Origin: Deltaproteobacteria bacterium | GTDB lineage: Bacteria; Myxococcota_A; Polyangia; Polyangiales; Houyiibacteriaceae | Length of the DNA: 53,793 bases | Assembly: GCA_034670305.1 (NCBI GenBank) | Contig: JAXMNT010000051.1 | Span: 1 to 53,793 of the forward strand | Direction of reading: 5' to 3' | In this document: in pieces, positions 17,514 through 26,723 of the stretch | Position numbering within the stretch: position 1 is the stretch's first letter | Layout: every line of letters starts with the position of its first letter | Translations under genes and position numbers: made by a program | The notes under the pieces: model-generated | What the model was told of the DNA's origin: nothing | The model's database searches: none | Seen by the model: the letters and a program-made list of their open reading frames with translations, nothing else

Positions 17514-19880
17514 CTAAAGCACGTTAGGGAACTGGGCGGTGCAGTCCATGTAGCCGAGGGCGACGAGCTGTTCACAGAGTTCTTCGGTCATCGCCGCGTC
17601 CTCCGCCTGAACCGCGCTCGAGCCCTGGCCGCCGGTCAGCCAGTTCGAACGGTCGCTCGCCCCGAGCATCTGGCCGCTGAGCGAGCGCAGGTAGCGCATC
17701 GCGACGGGATGTCTCGAGACGTCGACCTCGGTGAGCTCGCCCGGATCGTTCGCGAGGTCGAAGAGCACGTAGGTGAGGCTCGAACGAAGCACGAGCTTCC
17801 AGTCCATGCCGCGAATGACCCGGCGGTTCTCCTGGAAGTCGCTGAACGCCACCCAGGGCCCCGGCTCTGGGGCGCCTCGGAGAAACCCGGTGAGGCTGCG
17901 GCCTTCGAACACGGCCGGCACTTCGTGGCCGGTGGCCTCGAGCACCGTCGGCGCGATGCCCATCGTGCTGACGACATGCGGCACGCGCGTGCCGGGCGCG
18001 GCCACCCCCGGCCACCGCACCACGAGCGGCACATGCAGCAGCTCCTGGAAGATCGAATGGCCATGGCCCCAGGATCCGTGTTCGTTGAACTCCTCGCCGT
18101 GGTCCGAGGTCACGACGAAGATGGTGTTCTCCATCAAGCCGAGTTCCCGCATCTTGTCGAGGAACCCGCCGAAGTGGCGGTCGTGGTAGCTGATCTCTCC
18201 GTCGTGGAGCGCTTCGAGCCGCTGCACGTCGCTCTCGTCGAAGGTGACGCGGGGCGGACGCCGCTTGGCTTCTTCGAGCAACAGATGCGTGCGGCGGTTC
18301 TGAACCTGTCCCTCGTATCCCGTGCGCGCGTCGTACATGCGCAGGAACTCGTCCGGCGGGTCGTAGGGCACGTGCGGATCGATGGTCTGGATGTAGACGA
18401 AGAACCCCTCGTCTTCGTGGTCGTCCACGTGTTCTTCGATCCAAGTCGCCGCTTCTCCGAACACGTTCGACGCGTTGGTGTTGCGGCGTTCTCGGATGTA
18501 GTTCGTGTAGTGCGTCCAGCCTTGGTCGAAGCCGAACGCGCGGGAGACGTAGCCGTTCGCGAGGAAGCTCGCGGTGCGGTAGCCGTGCGACTGGTAGACC
18601 TCGCCGAGGGTGAGCGCCGAGTGCGGCAACCTCGAGGCATCGTTCTTTGCGCCGTGGGTCGCGGGAAAGAGACTCGTCAGGATCGAAGCCACCGCCGGCT
18701 TCGTCCAGTTCTCCGGCGTCTGGGCCCGCTCGAACACCACGCCCTCGGAGGCGAACCGGTCGAACGCTGGGGTGCGCACCCGGGAGCGCCGGTTGTAGGG
18801 GCGCAACTTGTTCGCGCGCAGGGTGTCGATCGTGAGGACCACGACGTTGCGCGCGTGCGGCGCGCCAGCCGTCCCGAGCGCCGCCAATTCCGGCCGGGGC
18901 AACACGACCCGCAAGGCGCCAAGACCGACGTCGCCACCGGACGCCGACACCTTCAACACGATGATCTTCCCGGCCAGCGCCGCCAGGTCGTGGGCCGCGT
19001 TCTGGAAGGAAGCCGGTGCGGCGCCGTCGGAGAGCTCGACCGGCGCGCCGCCTTCGACCTCCGCCACGATCTTCAAACGCGCGCCCGCCCCGAGCGCGGC
19101 CGGCTCTACTTCGAGGCGCGCCCCGGCGGGCACCTCGAGCGCCCACGAGAGCTGCGCGCCGCTCGGCACCCGCAGTCCCGCGCGGCGCACACCCCCCGCC
19201 TCGACTCGGCTGCGCAGACCTCGCGGCGGGGTCCACCCTTCCGCACGGGGCACCGCGGCGCGTGTGACATGAAGCGACGCCAACTCGAAGGACACTTCTT
19301 CTTCGCCGACGTTGGTGTGTTCCGTCCCGCGAAAGAGCACGTAGTTCTCACCGCGCCGCACGAGCTCTGCCGGCACCGGGATCTCCAGGTCGACGAATCC
19401 GTCGCTCGACGGGCTCGTCTCCCGCAGGGTCTCACCGTTCATGAACGCGAGCAGTGGCCCACCGCCCACGTTCTTGACTCGGACATGAAGCGACAGCGCT
19501 TCGGCCCGCGGCACGTCCACGTAGATCCGGCCCATGCGACCGAAGCGCGTGAAGGTCTCGTCGCCCGACTGGCCGTCGGTCCCCCAGCCGCTGTTCCAGT
19601 TGCCGCTCGTGTACTTCAGCCGGTCCTGAGTACCGAAGTCGATGAAGGTGCCGCCGAGGTCGACCTGCGCCAGATGCGAGAGGGCGAGCAGATCCTGGTA
19701 AACGCGGCCATCCGCCGGCGCCCGCGCTGGTCCGGGTTCAGACGGAGGGGCTTCGGGGACCGCCTCGGTTTCGTTCTGAACCTCGGGCTCCGGTACGATC
19801 GCTTCGGGCTCGTCGTCGCATCCGGGGATGAACGCGATGCAGAGCCCGAGGCCCACCCCCAGCAGAAAAAGTACCTTCAT
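17514..19880 (-). CDS. Sulfatase-like (alkaline phosphatase superfamily) lipoprotein
   Basis: NVVVLTIDTLRA, DPHVPY, SDHGEEF..HG and a C-terminal LVALGY. The active-site segment is WTKPAVASILT. Start ATG 19880. Confidence 0.88.
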   Translation of the reverse strand: MKVLFLLGVGLGLCIAFIPGCDDEPEAIVPEPEVQNETEAVPEAPPSEPGPARAPADGRVYQDLLALSHLAQVDLGGTFIDFGTQDRLKYTSGNWNSGWGTDGQSGDETFTRFGRMGRIYVDVPRAEALSLHVRVKNVGGGPLLAFMNGETLRETSPSSDGFVDLEIPVPAELVRRGENYVLFRGTEHTNVGEEEVSFELASLHVTRAAVPRAEGWTPPRGLRSRVEAGGVRRAGLRVPSGAQLSWALEVPAGARLEVEPAALGAGARLKIVAEVEGGAPVELSDGAAPASFQNAAHDLAALAGKIIVLKVSASGGDVGLGALRVVLPRPELAALGTAGAPHARNVVVLTIDTLRANKLRPYNRRSRVRTPAFDRFASEGVVFERAQTPENWTKPAVASILTSLFPATHGAKNDASRLPHSALTLGEVYQSHGYRTASFLANGYVSRAFGFDQGWTHYTNYIRERRNTNASNVFGEAATWIEEHVDDHEDEGFFVYIQTIDPHVPYDPPDEFLRMYDARTGYEGQVQNRRTHLLLEEAKRRPPRVTFDESDVQRLEALHDGEISYHDRHFGGFLDKMRELGLMENTIFVVTSDHGEEFNEHGSWGHGHSIFQELLHVPLVVRWPGVAAPGTRVPHVVSTMGIAPTVLEATGHEVPAVFEGRSLTGFLRGAPEPGPWVAFSDFQENRRVIRGMDWKLVLRSSLTYVLFDLANDPGELTEVDVSRHPVAMRYLRSLSGQMLGASDRSNWLTGGQGSSAVQAEDAAMTEELCEQLVALGYMDCTAQFPNVL

Positions 19881-20064
19881 GGACGAAGGGGGAACGCGCA
19901 CACCTTGGCTCGGCATTTCACGCGGCTACCGCGTTCCCTCCGAACGAGCAAGCAAAGCCCCCGCTTGGCGGTCGAAACGGCTCGTCTCCCTTCCCGAAGC
20001 ATGCGGCGGCCCAGGCAGAAGCCGTGCATCGACCCCAGTCTGCGGTTTGGTGTATGCCTTCGGC

Positions 20065-20820
20065 ATGAGCGACCACGAAAGCAAGCCAATCTCCTTCCTC
20101 GAAGTGTCCGTCTTGAGCAGCGCCGCGTTCGAGAAACTCGGGATCGCGACCATTGGTGAGCTCTGCGAATTGAGCACGTTCCAGTTCACCGAAGCCGCGT
20201 ACGCGTGCGCCCGCGACGACCAGCGTGTCGCCCCGGCGCTGAACGAGGTGTCGCAGATCCTGGCCGACATGGGACTGGCGCTCCAGCGCGAGGCACCCGC
20301 GCTGCCGACCGAGGTGGCCAAAGACGGACCCTCCGCAAACGGGTGGAACTACCTTGGCTCCATCGTCTGCGGTGGGGCGGTGGTGTTCGGCGAACGTCGT
20401 TTCATCGGCACGGCGCCGGCCTCCGACCAGGCCGCAAAGACGATGGATGTGCAAGATGGAGGCGCCAGCGGCCCGGCCCCCATCCGACTCGGCCGCGTGG
20501 ACATCGCACCAGGGACCTACGACGTCTACACCGAAGGCGGCTACCGGGCTCGGCGGGTCGCGCTGCAATACCGAACCCTGCCGGCTCAGCACCTCAAGCA
20601 CATCGGAGCCTTTCACGCCGCCGATCCGCTGGTCGCCATCGTCGACGCCGAACGCAACGCCACGGCCACGAAGATGGTCCGATCACACGCCAAGGCGACC
20701 TTCGACTGGGGCTGCACCGCCGTCCTGATGCCGAACGAGGTGTACGAATGGACCACGTTCACGTTCGAGCCGGGTGGGCCCATCGTGCGGCTCGAGCTGC
20801 AAGCCGGCGCTGGCGAGTAG
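20065..20820 (+). CDS. Hypothetical protein with an N-terminal RNA polymerase alpha-CTD-like domain
   Basis: KPISFLEVSV...GIATIGEL...LNEVSQILADMGLAL parallels alpha-CTD RPVDDLELTV...IHYIGDL...LTEIKDVLASRGLSL. Confidence 0.7.
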   Translation: MSDHESKPISFLEVSVLSSAAFEKLGIATIGELCELSTFQFTEAAYACARDDQRVAPALNEVSQILADMGLALQREAPALPTEVAKDGPSANGWNYLGSIVCGGAVVFGERRFIGTAPASDQAAKTMDVQDGGASGPAPIRLGRVDIAPGTYDVYTEGGYRARRVALQYRTLPAQHLKHIGAFHAADPLVAIVDAERNATATKMVRSHAKATFDWGCTAVLMPNEVYEWTTFTFEPGGPIVRLELQAGAGE

Positions 20821-20891
20821 CGCCGGACCAGCGCTTCTCCCAGCAACGCGCTGCGTTCCGTTTTGGTTTCCGTCGTGCTACGGACCGGCGC

Positions 20892-22886
20892 ATGGATGGC
20901 AGCGGCGACGACCCGAAGACCCCCCTGGACGACCTCGATGAAGCGGACCCTCAGTGGTCGGTTCAACGAAGCGCGAACCTTTATCAGATCCGTGGGTGGG
21001 GCGAGCCGTACTTCCAGATGAACGCAGCCGGCCACGTCGAGGTTCGGCCCGACCCGCGGCAGAAGCGCGGCATCGATCTGTACGAGCTGGTGCAGCAGCT
21101 CGACATGCGCGGCCTCGAACTGCCCCTGCTCATCCGGTTCCCCGACATCCTCAAACACCGCATCAACCTGCTCAACGAGTGTTTCCAGAAAGCGATCTCT
21201 GAGTACGGCTACCAGGGCCGGTACCGGGGCGTCTTCCCCATCAAGGTCAACCAGCAGCGCCACCTCGTCGAGGAGATCGTGCACGCCGGGCAGAAGTGGG
21301 GCTACGGGCTCGAAGCGGGCAGCAAACCCGAGCTCCTGATCGCCCTCGCCACCATGGCGGGCGCGAGCGCCGATCGACCGAAGGCCGCCAGCGAAGAGGA
21401 CCGCACCGGGTTCATCATCTGCAACGGTTACAAGGACCGCTACTACATGGAGACGGCGCTCATCGCGCAGCGCTTCGACAACACGGTGATGATCGTGCTC
21501 GAGCGCCCGGACGAACTCGACCTCGTGCTCGCCGCCAGCGAGAAGCTCGGCATCCGCCCCACCCTCGGCGTGCGCAGCAAACTCTCCAGCAAGGGCATGG
21601 GCCGGTGGTCCTCGTCGTGCGGAGACGGAGCCAAGTTCGGCCTCACGAGTTCTCAGATCGTGCATGTCGTCGAGCAGCTCGAGTCCCGCGACATGCTGGA
21701 CTGTCTGCAGCTCTTGCACTTCCACATCGGGAGCCAGGTCTCGAGCATCATCCCGTGGAAGAACGCGATGCGGGAAGCGGCGCATCTGTACGTCGAGCTC
21801 GTCAAGATGGGCTGCGCCATGGGCTACCTCGACGTCGGTGGCGGTCTCGCGGTCGACTACGACGGGAGCAAGTCGGACTTTCGGGCATCAATGAACTACG
21901 GCGTACAGGAGTACGCCTACGACGTGGTCGCGGGGATTCAGGGCGCGTGCGAGAAGGCCGAGATCGCGTCGCCCACCATCGTCAGCGAGAGTGGCCGGGC
22001 CATCGCCGCGTACCAGTCCGTACTCGTCTTCGATGCGGTGGGCGAGAGCGACGAGCACGTGACCGAGCCGAGCAAACCCCCGGAGGGTTCGCACCGAGTG
22101 CTGCTCGAACTCTGGGAGACCTTGCAGGGCATCGTGCCGAAGAACGTACAGGAAGCGTGGCACGACGCGACGCAGTCGCTCGAAGAAGCACGCAGCCTGT
22201 TCAAGTTCGGCTACCTCGGCATGCGCGACCTCGCCCGCGCGGAGCGGCTGTTCTGGTCGTGTTGCCTGAAGATCAAACAGCGCCTCGTGCACCGCAAACG
22301 GGTGCCCGAAGAGCTCGAGAAACTCGATGAGCTGCTCGGCAGCATCTACTACTGCAACTTCTCTCTCTTCCAGAGCGCGCCCGACATCTGGGCCATGGAT
22401 CAGCTCTTCCCGATCATCCCGATCCACCGACTCGACGAGAAGCCCACGGTCAAAGCCCGGCTCGCGGATCTGACCTGCGACAGCGACGGCATCATCGATC
22501 GTTTCATCGACATGGAGGACGTCCAGAGCGCGCTCGACGTGCATCCGGTTCGGGTGGGGGAGCGCTACCTGCTCGCCATGTTCCTCGGCGGGGCCTACCA
22601 GGAGATCCTCGGCGACTTGCACAACCTGTTCGGCGACACGAACGCGGTGCACGTCCGGCTCGAGGAGTACGGCTACAGCGTCTCCAACGTCATCAAGGGC
22701 GACTCGATCGACGAGGTGCTTCGGTACCTCCAGTACGACCCGCCCAGCATGATCGAGGCGGTGCGCCAGCAGGCCGAACGGGCGCTGAGCGCCGGCCGCA
22801 TGGACCTGGCGCAGCTCCGGATGTTCATGCGCCACTACGAACACGCGTTGCGTGGCTACACCTACCTCAAGGTCACCAGTGACTGA
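20892..22886 (+). CDS. speA: Biosynthetic arginine decarboxylase
   Basis: FPIKVNQQ (PLP Lys), GLEAGSKPEL, HFHIGSQ, DVGGGLAVDYDG, ESGRA, DLTCDSDG and GAYQEILGDLHNLFG. Confidence 0.96.
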   Translation: MDGSGDDPKTPLDDLDEADPQWSVQRSANLYQIRGWGEPYFQMNAAGHVEVRPDPRQKRGIDLYELVQQLDMRGLELPLLIRFPDILKHRINLLNECFQKAISEYGYQGRYRGVFPIKVNQQRHLVEEIVHAGQKWGYGLEAGSKPELLIALATMAGASADRPKAASEEDRTGFIICNGYKDRYYMETALIAQRFDNTVMIVLERPDELDLVLAASEKLGIRPTLGVRSKLSSKGMGRWSSSCGDGAKFGLTSSQIVHVVEQLESRDMLDCLQLLHFHIGSQVSSIIPWKNAMREAAHLYVELVKMGCAMGYLDVGGGLAVDYDGSKSDFRASMNYGVQEYAYDVVAGIQGACEKAEIASPTIVSESGRAIAAYQSVLVFDAVGESDEHVTEPSKPPEGSHRVLLELWETLQGIVPKNVQEAWHDATQSLEEARSLFKFGYLGMRDLARAERLFWSCCLKIKQRLVHRKRVPEELEKLDELLGSIYYCNFSLFQSAPDIWAMDQLFPIIPIHRLDEKPTVKARLADLTCDSDGIIDRFIDMEDVQSALDVHPVRVGERYLLAMFLGGAYQEILGDLHNLFGDTNAVHVRLEEYGYSVSNVIKGDSIDEVLRYLQYDPPSMIEAVRQQAERALSAGRMDLAQLRMFMRHYEHALRGYTYLKVTSD

Positions 22887-22988
22887 CCCCGCTTCGGGTC
22901 GAGAGAAGCCCGCGCTCGCGCCAGAACCCCGACACCCCACCCGGTTGGTTGCGGAACCTCTTCTCTCGCGGCATGAAGTGCCGGCCCG

Positions 22989-23711
22989 ATGACCGAACGT
23001 GTCCTGATCGTCACCCCGACCTACAACGAGCGCGACAACCTCGCTGCGTTTCTCGACGGCGTGTTCGAGGTGCTTCCCGAGGCGCACTGCCTCGTCGTCG
23101 ACGACGCGTCGCCGGACGGAACGGGCGCGCTCGCCGACCAGATCGCGAAGGTCGACGACCGGGTGAAGGTGCTGCACCGCCCCGGCAAGCTGGGTCTCGG
23201 CAGCGCCTACCTGGACGCGTTCCGGCGCGGCATCGCCGACGGCTACGACCTCATCTTCGAGATGGACACCGACCTCTCGCATGACCCGCGCTACCTGCCG
23301 GACTTCCTCGAAGCGTTCGAACGCGGCGCCGACGTGGTCATCGGTTCGCGCAACGTGCCGGGCGGTGGCGTCGAAGGCTGGGGCCTCGGCCGCCACGTGC
23401 TGAGCAAGGGCGGGAGCCTCTACAGCCGGACGTTGCTCGGACTCGACGTGAACGACCTCACCAGCGGTTACAAAGGCTTCCGGCGCCGCGTGCTCGAAAG
23501 GCTCGACCTCGATTCGGTGCGCTCGGAAGGCTACAGCTTCCAGATCGAGCTCACCTACCGCGCGGTTCGAAAAGGTTTTCGCGTGCACGAGGTGCCCATC
23601 GTCTTCGTCGATCGCCGCGCCGGTCAGTCCAAGATGAGCCGCCGCATCTTCGCCGAGGCGGTGATGATGGTCCCGAAACTCCGCTTCGACGCACTGCGCG
23701 GCAAGTTCTGA
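22989..23711 (+). CDS. Polyprenol monophosphomannose synthase-like GT2 glycosyltransferase
   Basis: PTYNERDN, VDDASPDGTG, KLGLGSAY, MDTDLSHDP, DLTSGYK, GYSFQIE and FVDRRAGQSKM. Confidence 0.9.
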   Translation: MTERVLIVTPTYNERDNLAAFLDGVFEVLPEAHCLVVDDASPDGTGALADQIAKVDDRVKVLHRPGKLGLGSAYLDAFRRGIADGYDLIFEMDTDLSHDPRYLPDFLEAFERGADVVIGSRNVPGGGVEGWGLGRHVLSKGGSLYSRTLLGLDVNDLTSGYKGFRRRVLERLDLDSVRSEGYSFQIELTYRAVRKGFRVHEVPIVFVDRRAGQSKMSRRIFAEAVMMVPKLRFDALRGKF

Positions 23712-24112
23712 TGCCCGACGGAGAAAGCTCGGCGGAGACGCCGCTCGACGAAGACACGGACGCGGGCATCGAACTTCCGCCGCACGAACCGGACCCACTC
23801 CAGCGCATGTTCGAAGACATCCGCGCGTTCGTGGCGGAGCGTTCGTGGGAGCCCTTCCACGACCCGAAGAACCTTGCGATGGCCGTCGTCAGCGAGGCAG
23901 GCGAGCTGGCCGCGGAGCTGCGCTGGATCGCCGGCGAAGACGCCGACGCGCACTGCCAGGATCTCGAGGCGCGGCAACGGGTCGCCGACGAGATCGCAGA
24001 CGTGCTCATCACGACGTTGATGCTGGCCGACCGCATCGGACTCGACGTACCGACCGCTGTCTTCGAGAAACTCGCGAAGAACCGCCTCAAGTACCCGCCC
24101 GGCTCGCCCTAG
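23711..24112 (+). CDS. MazG-like nucleotide pyrophosphohydrolase (DCTPP1-like)
   Basis: ERSWEPFHDPKNLAMA..EAGEL, DEIADV and KLAKNRLKYP; TGATG coupling to the GT2 gene. Confidence 0.88.
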   Translation: MPDGESSAETPLDEDTDAGIELPPHEPDPLQRMFEDIRAFVAERSWEPFHDPKNLAMAVVSEAGELAAELRWIAGEDADAHCQDLEARQRVADEIADVLITTLMLADRIGLDVPTAVFEKLAKNRLKYPPGSP

Positions 24113-24262
24113 CCAGTCGCCTATTCTCGGGGCACGGCCCTGTCCGAGTGGCGCGCGCTCGCCGATGCGGCTGGCTCTCGCAACGGGCGATTGCCGTGGC
24201 ACGATCTTGCAGCTGCGTGCGCCCGCTCGCCGGGGACCCGCACGGCGCGCTATTCTTGGCGC

Positions 24263-26356
24263 ATGCGTCGACTTGCCCTGTCTTGTGTTCTCTCGTTCTC
24301 CTGGGTGCTGACCGGCTGCGGCGGCGACGACACCGGCACCTGCGCGACCGCAGCCGACTGTCCCGCGGGTCAGGTCTGTCTGGACGGTCTCTGCATCTCC
24401 CGACCCGGCGTCGATGGCGGTGGACGGGATGCGCCGGGCGCCGATGCCCCCGGCGTGGACTCCGGCCCGCCGACCATGATCGAGTCGATCCGAATCGACC
24501 CCGAAGACGCGGTGTTGACGGCCACCTTGGGCGAGCGTCCGAGCCAGGACTTCGAGGTCCTCGGGACCTTCAGCGACGGAGTCGAACGCACGGTGAGCGG
24601 CGCCCGGTTCTCACTCGACGCGGTCACCATCGGAGACATCGACGAGGCGAGCGGCATGTTCACCGCGAACGGCGTCGCCGGCGGTGCGACCGGCGTCAAC
24701 GTCGCGGTGGATGGACCGGCGGGTGAGCTCACAGCGGCCGGCACCGTGTCCGTGAACTACCGGAGCGAGATCCTCGGCGAAGGGGTGCCCGCCGATGCAC
24801 CAGCACTCTTCGCCACGCCGATCGACGACGCCGCCCGCGCTGCGGGTCTGGTGTACCCGCTCGATGGTGCGGTGATGCCCCAGAACGTCTACCCAGCCGA
24901 CACGCAGTGGGTCACCGGTGTCGAAGGGGATCTCTTTCGAGTGCGCATGATCAAGCCGCACTTCGAACTGACTGCGTACGTGCTGCACTCGGGCGCCGGG
25001 TTCGGGAACCACTGGCTGACCGACGCCGACGCATGGCGCGCGCTCGCACAGACGGATCCGGACGCCGCCGCCCAGGTGAGCGTCGATCGGTGGGAAGCCA
25101 TCAGCCGCGAAGCCATCTCTGGCACCGCCGTGAACCTGACGTTCGCGCGCGCGGCGTTGACGGGGAGCGTCTACTACTGGGACATCGCGGCCGGCCGGAT
25201 CGTGCGCATCGACGACGGGACCGCGACGCCGGACGAGTTCATGCCCAACCCGCCGCCCGCGCCGCGCGATGCGAACCGCTGCGTGGGTTGCCACGCGGTC
25301 TCGAACAGCGGTCGCTACATGGCGGGCCGACTCGGCGGCGGCAACAACGGCGGCGCGGTGTTCGACCTGACCACGGACCTCACCGGGGACCCGCCTCCGG
25401 TCGAGTTCCCCGTGAGCACCGCCAGCACCTACTGGTGGTTCTCGTCCTGGAGCCCGGACGACACCCGCCTCGTCATCACGCAGAACGAAGGACCGAGCAG
25501 CGGCATGGCGTTCATGGACCCGTTCACCGGTGCGGTGATGCCCACCACCGGAAGCCCCACCCCGACCGGCGTGAGCCACCCCGCGTGGGCGCCCGATGGG
25601 ACCCAGATCGCCTACGCCTGCAACGTCAACGCCTGGGGCGGCGCGTTCACCGCCGCCAACCTCTGCACGCTCGACATGACGGGTGTGGACGCAGTCGGAC
25701 CGAACCGCACGGTGCACCTCGGGGCGGACTTGGCCGGCTCGACCCCCGCCGGCGCGGCGGACTCGTATCCGACCTGGACGCCGGACTCCGCGCGCATCGC
25801 GTTCTCGCACGGCAGTGGCACCCGGAGCGAAGACCAACAGGCCGCGCTCTACATGATGAACCGAGACGGCACGAACGTGGTTCGCCTCGACGCTGCCAAT
25901 GGCGGCGTGACGACCAACTTCCAACCCCGGTTCTCGCCCTTCAGTCAGGGCGGCTATTTCTGGGTCTCGTTCCTCTCCCGCCGCGACTACGGCAACGCCG
26001 AAGTCGGCACCCGAGGAGACGCCTTCCAGCAGATCTGGGTCGCTGCGATCCGCACCGACGCCGCCGCCGGCACCGACCCAAGCGCCGTGCCGTACTGGCT
26101 CCCAGGCCAACGCACGACCTCGCGGAACATCAGCGCCTACTGGGCGCCACGTCCCTGTCGCGAAGACGGTGAGGGATGCGCGGTGGGCAGCGAGTGTTGC
26201 GGCGGCGATTGCCGCCCCGACGCCGAAGGCGCGCTCGTCTGCTCCCCCCCTCCGCCCGACCGCTGCCGCAACGACGGGGAGACCTGCTCCACGTCCGCCG
26301 ACTGCTGCGACGACCTCGAGTGCTTCGGCCGCGTATGCATCCGCCCGCCCGGCTGA
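24263..26356 (+). CDS. TolB-like (PD40) beta-propeller lipoprotein with an Ig-like domain, a CxxCH motif and Cys-rich ends
   Basis: Lipobox LTGC; blades [31 protein letters not shown] and PRFSP; CVGCH; C-terminal C-C-CC-C-C modules. Confidence 0.8.
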   Translation: MRRLALSCVLSFSWVLTGCGGDDTGTCATAADCPAGQVCLDGLCISRPGVDGGGRDAPGADAPGVDSGPPTMIESIRIDPEDAVLTATLGERPSQDFEVLGTFSDGVERTVSGARFSLDAVTIGDIDEASGMFTANGVAGGATGVNVAVDGPAGELTAAGTVSVNYRSEILGEGVPADAPALFATPIDDAARAAGLVYPLDGAVMPQNVYPADTQWVTGVEGDLFRVRMIKPHFELTAYVLHSGAGFGNHWLTDADAWRALAQTDPDAAAQVSVDRWEAISREAISGTAVNLTFARAALTGSVYYWDIAAGRIVRIDDGTATPDEFMPNPPPAPRDANRCVGCHAVSNSGRYMAGRLGGGNNGGAVFDLTTDLTGDPPPVEFPVSTASTYWWFSSWSPDDTRLVITQNEGPSSGMAFMDPFTGAVMPTTGSPTPTGVSHPAWAPDGTQIAYACNVNAWGGAFTAANLCTLDMTGVDAVGPNRTVHLGADLAGSTPAGAADSYPTWTPDSARIAFSHGSGTRSEDQQAALYMMNRDGTNVVRLDAANGGVTTNFQPRFSPFSQGGYFWVSFLSRRDYGNAEVGTRGDAFQQIWVAAIRTDAAAGTDPSAVPYWLPGQRTTSRNISAYWAPRPCREDGEGCAVGSECCGGDCRPDAEGALVCSPPPPDRCRNDGETCSTSADCCDDLECFGRVCIRPPG

Positions 26357-26460
26357 CCTCGCAGCAGACTCTGCGAGACCAACTCGCCGCGCTGGGCGTA
26401 CGAGAAGGCGACACCCTGATGCTCCACGTCTCCATGCGCCGGCTCGGGCCGATTGTCGCT
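26353..26460 (+). pseudogene. 5' stub of an AAC(3)/YokD-family acetyltransferase
   Basis: [34 protein letters not shown] matches the family N-terminus (L..LGV..GD.L.VH.S...LG). It breaks off at the repeat array. Confidence 0.65.
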
Positions 26461-26468
26461 TCGTCATG

Positions 26469-26670
26469 GGCATCGGCGTCGGCTTCGGGATCGGTTTCGG
26501 CTTCGGCGTCGGCTTCGGCTTCGGCGTCGGCGTCGGCGTCGGCTTCGGCTTCGGCTTCGGCGTCGGCTTCGGCTTCGGCTTCGGCTTCGGCTTCGGCGTC
26601 GGCTTCGGCTTCGGCTTCGGCTTCGGCATCGGCATCGGCTTCGGCTTCGGCTTCGGCGTCGGCGTCGGCG
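26469..26670. repeat. Hexamer-period array (TCGGCT/TCGGCG)n
   Basis: About 33 visible tandem units. Confidence 0.95.
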
Positions 26671-26723
26671 CCGCCACACCCTCCACCCCCAAGGTTGCGT
26701 GTGGATTTCTCCGAGGTCGGGGT

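Noticed and set aside
17195-17530. Integron attC site (GTTAGGG at 17523, CCGAAC near 17197)
   Set aside because: The core sites are not complementary and are over 300 bp apart. No integrase or cassette array is present.
12511-19880. Radical SAM enzyme as the anaerobic maturase of the nearby sulfatase
   Set aside because: The sulfatase-like protein has Thr, not Cys/Ser, at the modifiable position, and the genes are not adjacent.
23711-24112. MazG-like gene as part of an anti-phage system
   Set aside because: It is coupled to a housekeeping GT2 gene with no defence genes nearby; nucleotide sanitation is the simpler reading.
24198-24211. TGGCACGATCTTGCA as a sigma-54 promoter
   Set aside because: GG-to-GC spacing is 9 nt rather than the required 10.
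24263-26356. TolB of a Tol-Pal system partnering the TolQ/TolR-like genes
   Set aside because: It lacks the TolB N-domain, has a lipobox and Cys-rich ends, lies over 10 kb away, and no tolA or pal is present.
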